Shown here: positions 54,531-64,000 of the stretch, in pieces | Position numbering within the stretch: position 1 is the stretch's first letter | Layout of the letters: each line of letters opens with the position of its first letter | Assembly: GCA_951406725.2 (NCBI GenBank) | Contig: OX597815.1 | Coordinates: forward strand, 167,586,001-167,650,000 | Direction of reading: 5' to 3' | Origin: Octopus vulgaris | Lineage: Eukaryota | Length of the DNA stretch: 64,000 nucleotides | Made by a program: the position numbers and the translations under genes | Notes under the pieces: generated by a model | What the model was told of the DNA's origin: nothing | The model's input: only the letters and a program-made list of their open reading frames with translations | Database searches by the model: none

Positions 54531-54913
54531 AATAGATATGTGTGTGTGTGTGTTTATGCATGTTTTGCTTGTGTGATCATTTTGTCAAAAGTTGGTAATT
54601 TATTCATACTTTCTTCCTCGTTTGATCAGTACAGGAAGCGGAAATGTCGGTAAAATTTTCTTATAACTTTCTTTCGGTCATTTGACTGTGGCCATGCTTG
54701 AGTACCGCCTTGGAGGATTTTAATCGAACAAATCGCACTCCCATCCAGGACTTAACTTTTAAGTCTAGTACTTATTCTATCGGTCTCTTTTGCCGAAACC
54801 GCTAAGTTACGGGGTGAGAAACTCACCAAAACCTTAGGCAAGTGGTTAAGGGGGAAAACACAGACACAGATACACACACATAGACATATATACACATATT
54901 ATGTATATATATA

Positions 54914-54952
<39 letters not shown>

Positions 54953-55159
54953 AGATTAATCAGCCGAAATTGCTACGATGATCCGGTTCTTGACTGAAGA
55001 TTGAAGGCTTCGAATGTCCCGTCCGTGTTTTTTGTATCGTCTTCTAAATGTTTTACGTTCTTGTCCCAGTTTGTATTTTTCTACATAAACATAATACGTA
55101 TATATATATATATATATATATACATACATACATAATATACATGGTCGCACTGAACCATT

Positions 55160-55460
55160 AAATCCTATAGGATCTTCGCATTATTACTTTCGATGAGGCC
55201 TTCTGGTTATATTCGTACACCATTTTGCCTCTGTCAAGTCCATACTTGTTGCAAAGTGTCCAATTGACAATCCTTGCTATATTGTCATGACGTCTCGTAT
55301 ATTCTTTCTGGGCTAGTGGCGTACATTGGCTATATGCCATACAGATTCATCATTTTGTCCACAAATTCTGCACTTTTCACTTTCTGATGTGTTGTCTATT
55401 CTGTATTTGATGTAATTCGTTCTTAGAGCTTACTCTTGGACAGCACAGATTAGAGCCTTG
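55160..55460 (-). mobile_element. RLE LINE fragment (zinc-knuckle region)
   Basis: ALICAVQE.ALRTNYIKYRID..EKCRICGQ..CTPLAQKEYTRRHDNIAR. Confidence 0.85.
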
Positions 55461-55712
55461 ACAGTGGCTGGGCGTGTGCTTCCTACTCTGACTAGTCAGC
55501 AGCTAAAGACACTGAAACACTAATAAAACCCAGCAGGACAACTGAAAAATAACTCTGTTGTTGTTATTATTATTATTATTATTACTTTTTTTTCTTCTTT
55601 CAAATTTGCTTTCATTTCTTGCCGAGTGTCTTCCCGACTCATAGGGCAAAGAAAGTCATAGTATACATAGTATACATTATTATTATTATTATTATTATCA
55701 TCATCATTATCA

Positions 55713-55779
<67 letters not shown>

Positions 55780-55794
55780 CATCATCATCATGGT

Positions 55795-56160
55795 TTGACA
55801 CGGGTTCGGTCTTATTCCTAGTAGAATTTGTCTCGATAGCGCGTTACTACCCGTAACCTTCGGTATCACAAGTTTTCAGCAGTCATTCAAGTGCTTAGAA
55901 CCCTCCTGGTAATTCTTGCTATCCGTAAGAGACAATCTTTCTGTAGGAGCTCTACCGGGCATTCTATTTTAGTCTCCTTCAGCCCTTTCTCTATAACTTT
56001 GCTTACTGTTCCCAAAGCACCAATTATTATAGGCAAGGCCTTTACCGTTCTCATACTCCAAATTCTTCCTATTTCAAATTTTTAGGGATTGCATTTTTTC
56101 TTCCTCGTTCTTCACGATCCTAGAATTATACGGGTATGATGTGTTGATTAGTAAACAATT
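55795..56160 (-). mobile_element. RLE LINE 3' end running into (TGA)n/(TAA)n
   Basis: IGRIWSMRTVKALPIIIGALGTV..LLQKDCLLRIARITRRVL. Confidence 0.8.
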
Positions 56161-56232
56161 ACTATCGGGGTCGATGTAATCGACTAGTCCCCTCCCCACT
56201 AAATTTCCGGCTTTGTGCCTTCAGTAGAAACG

Positions 56233-56289
<57 letters not shown>

Positions 56290-56307
56290 GTTGTTGTTGT
56301 TGTTATA

Positions 56308-56391
<84 letters not shown>

Positions 56392-56692
56392 CCAATATAC
56401 TATTCCATACACTACCCAAAAGATTTTATGCATACATGTGTGTGTGAGAGAGAGTGTGTGTGCGTGTGTTGGGGGTGTGCGTGTGTGTGTGGGGGGGGGG
56501 CGTTTGTATACCCTCAGTTATATAGACAAACAGAAAAATTCCTAAACGGTCTTCCTCTTACATAGAAACGTAAGCACATACTAAAACAATTTGCATTAAA
56601 TAATTAAACGTACTTACACATGCATGCTTCCTTACATGCATATACACATAAATATATATTTACATATACATACATAGATAATTTTATATTTA

Positions 56693-56740
<48 letters not shown>

Positions 56741-57314
56741 TTTTTTATATTTGACTCTATTGAATGTATGTCATTATTACATCATACACTTTATGAACTA
56801 TTACATCATACACTTTAAACATAGAGCATGGACTCTCTTTATTATATATAAAAAAAATTTGTTTGATAAGGTTCGTTATTTCAAGAACCGAAACATGTTA
56901 AATTAAAATTTGTCTAATATAGCAGCATTTTCAAACTTCATTTTTTACAAATATATACCCACTCGTATACGAGCTAATTTTATTATAAATATATATATAT
57001 ATATACAAGTACTTATACATATGAGTATACTCACATGCATCTACGAAATCAAAGCAAATTTAATTTTTGTCAATCACACAATTGCGCAAATATACACAAA
57101 GGAAATCTCGGACACAAACAACTGAAATAAATACAGAGAACTCCACAAACAACAGTACACACACAGATATCCATGTCTCGAATTTTCGCACATGCACGAG
57201 CATATAAATACACGGAGATCAAACATACATTCATTCATAGATATTACTTCACTTACATATACGTTTCCTCAGACATACGCATATAGGCATTCGTTTCCAT
57301 ACGCTCATGCCCCC

Positions 57315-57397
<83 letters not shown>

Positions 57398-58692
57398 CAT
57401 ACATAACAAACACACTTATAACGAAATACAAACATGTATGGAAACCAATAATCTAAACTAAGACAAATATATAAACATACATAAATACAAAGTATTATGT
57501 ATACTAACATAAACACGTATATTCCTCTTCCATGCAAATATAGTTAAATACGTAAACAAACACTCTCGTGTATTATATATCCGTAAACACATACGCACAC
57601 GCGGGCGCAGACATAGACTCAAACAGAAACAAATACATTAGCACACACAGAGACATGTGTAGGCAAAGATACACACATATGCATACATATATATTCGAAG
57701 AATCGTAAGCATACACACACAAGCATACATACTTATGCTTACAAATACATTCCAATTCGATATACAATTGTAAACAAAACATGGCTGATGACAATATATC
57801 AGTCCCGTGTGGGCTTTAGCTAGAAATCAGTGGAGAGGGGAGGGTAAGTGGTAACAAGAAAAGAAACTGGAAGGGAGAAAGTAGAGATGTAAAGAAAAAA
57901 AATAAAGGAAAATTGAAATTAAAATAAAAGCAAAGCAAAATGGTAATTTTAGGTCAAAGAATTTAAAGAGGAATGGAAAAATGTTCTCAGCACCTATAAC
58001 TGACTAGTGAAAGTAAATGAACACCCAGGGAGAAAAAAACACAGAAAATGAAATTTAAACAAATTTTTCTCCTTGTACTGTGTTCGTAAGTTCTTAGGAC
58101 TCAGACCTCCAAAGTAATACGCCAAGACATAAACGTTGCATCGTTTACTTACCTCAAAGATTTTGATTTCAAAAAGAGAATAGATGAAAACAAAAAGAGT
58201 GAAAAAAAAAACATATCAGAAAAAGCATTTATAAGGAAAAGAATCACAAGCATAGTGAAACTTAGAAATACCAGCATCGAAACTAATAAGAAAATACCCC
58301 AACCCTTATACAGAAATATAAACAATTCTGGCCCTTCGTATCTGTTGTGAGCATTAATAGGTTTCCAGTCTGGAGATCTTAGCATCTGAGGATAAGCTAT
58401 GCCTCATGGTTGCATCTTGCATTTCTCGAAAATCTAAGAAAAAGAAAACAAAAAGAAAAATAGAGAAAGATGAACCGCTATATAAATAAATATATATATA
58501 TAAGTATGCATATACGACGAGTGTCTTCCAGTTTCCGTCTACCAAATCCATTCACAAGACTTTGGTCGGCCCGAGGCTATAGTAGAAGACGCTTGACGAA
58601 AGTGCCACGCAGTGGGACTAAACCCGGAACCATGTGGTTAGGAAGCAAGCTTCTTCTACGCAGCCACGCCCTCGCCTATATTTATATATATA

Positions 58693-59517
58693 CTAGCATT
58701 AAAGACCCGTCGTTGCCGGGTCATAGTGCTAGTGCATGTATATATGTGTACATATTACATGTACATCTATATATATACATCTACACATAAAATGCAAAAT
58801 ACAAAGTTATATCTTGATATCGCTAGTGATAACAATACTCAAAATATATAACAGGCTGGAATTGTTAGCTCTTCTTTTTTCTCTACATTGTATACTTTAT
58901 AGACAATAGTCTTTTCTTTAATTTAATTTTTTATTATCCATCTGGACTATTCCATTTCTGCACGCTAATTTTATTTTTAATTTAATTCCCATTCATGTGA
59001 TACCACTTGTTCAAGTTCAAATCATTGATGCAATTTTATACCAATTGCTATTTTTACTTATATTATACTTTAGTTTGATTTTAATTATTACTTACTACAT
59101 ATAATTCAATTGTTATTATTATTTTTATTGTTAAAGTGAAAGCATCTGACATAAAATAGAGAAATATTTTTGTTTCACTTTTAACACGTAATACTGAAAT
59201 AGTGGAGAAGATATGATATTGCTATGGGCTCGCTCTAGGCAAGAAGTTGAACATTTTTTCCCATGAAACTACATGGACCCTAAGTAAGGCATGTGTAAAA
59301 TTTTAATGAAATTGGCTGTGTAGTTCTCAAGTTTTAGGGAATCGTAGTGGAGAAGATATGTTATTGCTGTGGGCTCGCCCTAGGCAAAAAGTTAAAAAGA
59401 ATTTTGCCGATGACACTCCCCGGACCCTAAGTAAGGCATATGTAAAATTTGAATGAAATTGGGTGTGTAGTTCTCAAGTTTTAGGGAAACACACAGACAT
59501 ACAGACAGACACACATT

Positions 59518-59530
<13 letters not shown>
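58693..59530 (-). mobile_element. Non-autonomous Helitron-like element
   Basis: Minus-strand 3' end with GACCCG/CGGGTC hairpin followed by CTAG|T; ~145-bp internal direct repeat (59200-59340 / 59345-59487); (GTCT)n near the 5' end. Confidence 0.75.
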
Positions 59531-59551
<21 letters not shown>

Positions 59552-60057
59552 GAGTAAAGTAGGCAGGAAAACAATAACTGTCATTAGATATAACTGAGGG
59601 TGTTAGAAACACCCAAGTTGCCAGAGATAACAGCTAAACGCTCTAATGCCGCAGTCAAAGCACATAGTTGTAAACATACACTGACAAAAGCCATAAATGC
59701 TTGCAAAAGCAGCGGCCGAGATATCCTCATACTGATCGGTCAGTTTCGGCTTTTCCGCCGAAGCCTCTTCAGTTCTCGGACCAAGATCACTGTCAACATA
59801 TATGTCTACACTACCGAAACCTATGGGTGATTTATCGAATCACTAATGTGTATACACACTCGCACACACAAACACATACGCACACACGTATATATATTTG
59901 AGGTCTGATCAATAAGTATCTGGACTGTTGCCATAGTAACGAATCTGAAGGCTAGTTGTCGAAATACCGTTCAACCAGTGAGATATTTATTGTAATCGCA
60001 TCGCGCTCTTCGTATTGACTAATTACTTTTGTGAAGAGTTACTTCAATCCTTTTCAA

Positions 60058-60141
<84 letters not shown>

Positions 60142-60214
60142 CAACAACAACAACAACAACAATAATAGTAACAACAACAACAACAATAATAGTAACAACA
60201 ACAACACAAAAACA

Positions 60215-60590
60215 CAAAAAATATCTCACAAAAATCACACAATAAAAAGGCTTCTTGGATTGATAGAGTATCTATTGACATAGACTCTTTAGAAGAGCAA
60301 AAGTGGGAGGGTTTCAAGGTAGAGGATGTAAGATCTTCACTCAGCAAGTCTCCAGGAAAGGATAAAATTCCTAACTTCTGGTTGAATGCCTTCCCAGAGA
60401 GTCATGAACTGCTAAGAAAACTTTACAACGTTTTGCAACAGTATGATTCCCTTTTGGCTAGCTAATGATGTTATATTCTTACTTCCAAAAAGTGAAGAAA
60501 CAAATTAACCAAAAAATTATAGACCATAACTTGTTTAACAACAACGTATAAAATACTAACATCTGTCTTGACTGAATATACCTCTGATGA
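60215..60590 (+). mobile_element. RT N-terminal fragment of an RLE-type LINE following (TAA)n/(CAA)n
   Basis: KSPGKDKIPNFWL..FLLPKSEETN.PKNYRPITCLTTTYKILTSVL. Confidence 0.85.
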
Positions 60591-60699
60591 AAACCCAATA
60601 ATTTTCGAAAATCGATTAAGGTTGTTCATCATTTTTGCAGTTTGTGAAGAAATGGCTAAAATGTTTATAATTATAACATATATTACTTATATACATATC

Positions 60700-61125
60700 G
60701 TTGGGCAGGGCAGTAGCTCGCATGTCAGACGATCGATTACCAAAAAGATTGCTCTTTGGCGAGCTGCAAAAGGGAAAGCGCTCACAAGGCGGCCAGAAGA
60801 AGCACTTCAAGGACACACTGAAAGCCTTCAACATCGGCCATGACACTTGGAAGCAGTTTGCTCTGGACAGAGAAGGGTGACGATCAGCTGACCACAAGGG
60901 TGCCAACACATGCAAGACCAATAGGATCGCTGCTGCAGAAGACTGCAGACAAGCCAGGAAGAACATAGCTAACAACTCTGTAGCAGATGCTACCATTCCC
61001 TGACCACACTGTCAAAGACTCTTTTGGGCGCAGATTGACCTCACTAGCCATCTGCGGACTCATAAAACAAGCCCATCCCCACCCCAGGATGGCTAGATGG
61101 TCTTCGTCGCATCGACGGACAAACT
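60700..61125 (+). mobile_element. RTE-clade LINE 3' end
   Basis: GKRSQGGQKKHFKDTLKAFNI..WKQFALDR.., and a decayed C-terminal zinc finger PHCQRLF..IDLTSHLRTH. Confidence 0.85.
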
Positions 61126-62571
61126 ACATGTATCCGAGAATAGTAAAAATTACAAGAACGAAAGAAAGGCACCACTTGAAAGAAACCGAACGAGTCTAAT
61201 GCTATGAGTTTGAATCGTAAAGTCGACGTGGAATGTATTGTACACTACATACAATGAATTTTTAAATTACCAAAATTTCACCTTTGTCAGTGTGAACAAT
61301 AAAGTTAAAAGAAAAAGTATGTAGCCTTTGTTGCTAGCGATTCTGAATGAAGAAGGTAGATAACTTGAAATATATGTCAATACTTTAAAAACATTTTATG
61401 ATTTTGTCGTACGATTAAGGTTATCAGTGGGATAATTATATTTTAAGACAGATGCAAGTGTATTTAATTTTCGCGAAAATGTATCCGGTCAAAGTCGTTT
61501 TTTCTTTGTATTCTTATAATGGTTTCAGTCGTAGGACTGTAGCCATGCTGGAGCACTGTCGTGATTATTTTATAAAAATAAATCCGGTTGTTGCTTTTGT
61601 CATTCCTTCTAGGTGAGACAAAAATTTAATTTTCGCCGGTGTCAGCTTTGCCTTTCATCCTTTTGAGTTCGATGAATAAAATACCAGTCATGTTCTACAT
61701 ACTTCCCACAAATTCCCGGTCTAGAAACAATTACTCCGGGTTTTCACATTGTGAATTCGAATCCCACATAGGTAATTTTTACCTTTCATCCCTCTAAAAT
61801 CGATTGTATTGACTAATCACCTCACCGTCAAATTGCTGGCCTTCTGCCTAAATCAGAAAAAGCATTATTATTTTCATTACCATCATCATTTCTTCCTCCT
61901 CAGTTTTTTCATTTCTTCTCACCCAGCAGCATTCCTTTTCAGTTATCATATACTTTCACAATCTTTCAACTTGTTTAAAAAGATGTCGGAGATGGTGAAA
62001 CACAGTTTGATTTTCGTTTGTTTGACATTTTACGAAATGAGGCGTGTCCTTATCTGCCGTAACTTTCGTACGATCTCGACAGTATTTAAGTAAAATACCT
62101 ATCCGCCTTTGGGAGATATCTTATAAATACCACTGATCTACAGGACAGTGACAACAACAATAACAAGAATAAATATTAAACAACAAAATCAGTAAACTTC
62201 GTCTAGACACATAAGTTTGAAGAAAACGAAGAGACATTCAAGTTGGTGGGACAGAGAGGGAGGTGGAGATGCTAGAAAAGAAAAAAAGAAAAACAATATC
62301 AGGTGGAATGAGAAAACGAGGACCAATTGAATATAGCTTTATACCAGCTAACGTTACAGTTGTTTTATAGACACAGGTTATCCATGATTAAGAAATCTAT
62401 AATCAAAGACGTTCCAACCGAGAACATTCCGCCCCTATTTTTGACATAATGTATCTGGAATAAAATTAGTAGATGTATCATTTGTGATTTTTTTCCAAGC
62501 TACATATAGGCTCAGTCGTTGAAATTTCAACGTGGTTGGAGATAATGATGATTATGATATTCACACTCCTC

Positions 62572-62605
<34 letters not shown>

Positions 62606-62779
62606 ATTTCTTTTGTTTTCTTCTTCTTCCCAAGCAGTTCTGAGGAGCAAAGGCCATTAAGGTAGTGATAGAAAGCAATCTTTTTGAGTGTCCTTTACCT
62701 GGATGCAGACTAGCTTGTCTGTGTGTGCAGCAGCTTCCTCCCAAAAATAAGAGTCATACTTCATTCTGACCATCACCTG

Positions 62780-63990
62780 AGATTTATAGAATGTTAATAA
62801 TTGTTGGTGGTTGACGAATCCCTTGTCTCCGAATAGAAGTGCCAGTCGTTGGGAGAGGGTTCCGAACTATGTTAAGGATTAGTTTTCGCCAGTTGTGATC
62901 CTCGATGGTAGGGATTCTCTATATTTACAGCAACCGGGAAGAATTAAGTTGTTTATCTTTAATGGGGATGGGATGCGCCGATACTGTCTTGATATGAAGA
63001 GCATGTGTGTTTACTGTTGAAAGAGACAAGGATGGTACATATCCACTTGAGGATGCTTTCGAGGTGTCTGTCCAAGGATTCAGTGCGGGTGTTTTTTATG
63101 CGGTGATGGGGTGTCATAGTTACATGTGGATGATGCATTGGGGAAATATGGAGAAAATTTCGACTCCTTTCTACTACATAAAGATGCTTTCAGCAAAGCC
63201 CAAAGTTGCATATTTTAGACCTAGATTTTTGGTTTATTTTTTTAAAATAATTTTATCTAATTCCATTGTTCTTACAACGTTAGAATAGATTTAATTCATT
63301 GTTTGAATAACGTTCGTAGATTTTGCAATACTGAATTGTAATCATTCTAACATTGCAGATGTAATATTCCATTTCCATTTTATATTATCCATTAACTGAA
63401 AATTCGTAGAAACGTTCCTCTTGCGCATATTAGTGAAGCATTTCTATTTTGCTGTGGGTTTTTTGGGTTTTGTTTTTTTTTCTTTTTTGTCGGAAACCTA
63501 TGAAATGACCTTACAATCGTTTTCACTTTTTAATATTTCTATGAATCTTTATTTCCGCTTATAGCTGAGTACGAAATGTCTTGGACATATTTTCCCCATT
63601 CTACATTTGTTCTATCATTGAGAGTATTTCAGGGCTTAGTCGCTCCATTTTCTAGTAATTCATTCTCGTTTTCTCATTCTAGATATCATGCTTTCCAGTC
63701 AGATGTTAGAAAGGTCACAATTTGAGTACTTGAAACGGTCAAACGATTTTAGGAAGCTGTTTTTAACTTTAGTGCGAATTGATTGTAGATGTGTAATTTC
63801 CCGTGGAGATAGAATTTTAACTCTATGAGTTAGGTGTTTACGAGCAATAAATCTCATGATAATATTTTGAAAAGCTTCAAAATTTGATCTTTCTCAGCCA
63901 TAATATATCTTAACATTGGGAGTTATTTGTATTCCATTAAGTTTTCAAAACGTGTTCTCTTTTTTTAGCAAAAGCTGTCCATGCTAGTGT
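62780..63990 (-). mobile_element. Possible very old PLE/RT remnant
   Basis: Only weak, frameshifted resemblance to RT motifs and coding-like composition. Confidence 0.25.
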
Positions 63991-64000
63991 CATTCAGCGG

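Noticed and set aside
58150-58435. Minus-strand exon with polypyrimidine-AG acceptor and GAG|GTAAGT donor
   Set aside because: No convincing continuous frame and low-complexity T-rich translation; more likely a repeat remnant.

Overview
Eukaryotic, AT-rich, non-coding or intronic DNA packed with microsatellites ((TA)n, (TAA)n, (GATA)n, (CATA)n, (CA)n, (TTC)n) and decayed transposons. The SINE families and microsatellite load resemble an octopus/cephalopod genome (inference). No intact host gene is visible, and nearly all listed ORFs are microsatellite artefacts or TE remnants. Recognisable TEs: Penelope-like elements (PLE; YRDD RT and C-terminal GIY-YIG), restriction-like-endonuclease (RLE, R4/Dong/NeSL-type) LINE fragments in (TAA)n or (CATA)n, ORF1-only L1/Tx1-like elements, RTE and CR1/L2 3' ends, mariner, Tc1, Helitron pieces, MITEs and three SINE families. 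The main result is a hammerhead-ribozyme layer. A near-perfect 565-bp tandem array with a fold-back inversion (1904-4846) carries one type-I hammerhead per unit and looks like a retrozyme/circular-RNA insertion. At least six other hammerhead-bearing repeat families occur, several with core variants (U3:A8 compensatory pair, U4C, A6U), and two inversion junctions fall at or next to predicted cleavage sites. All structures were folded by eye and none has been tested.
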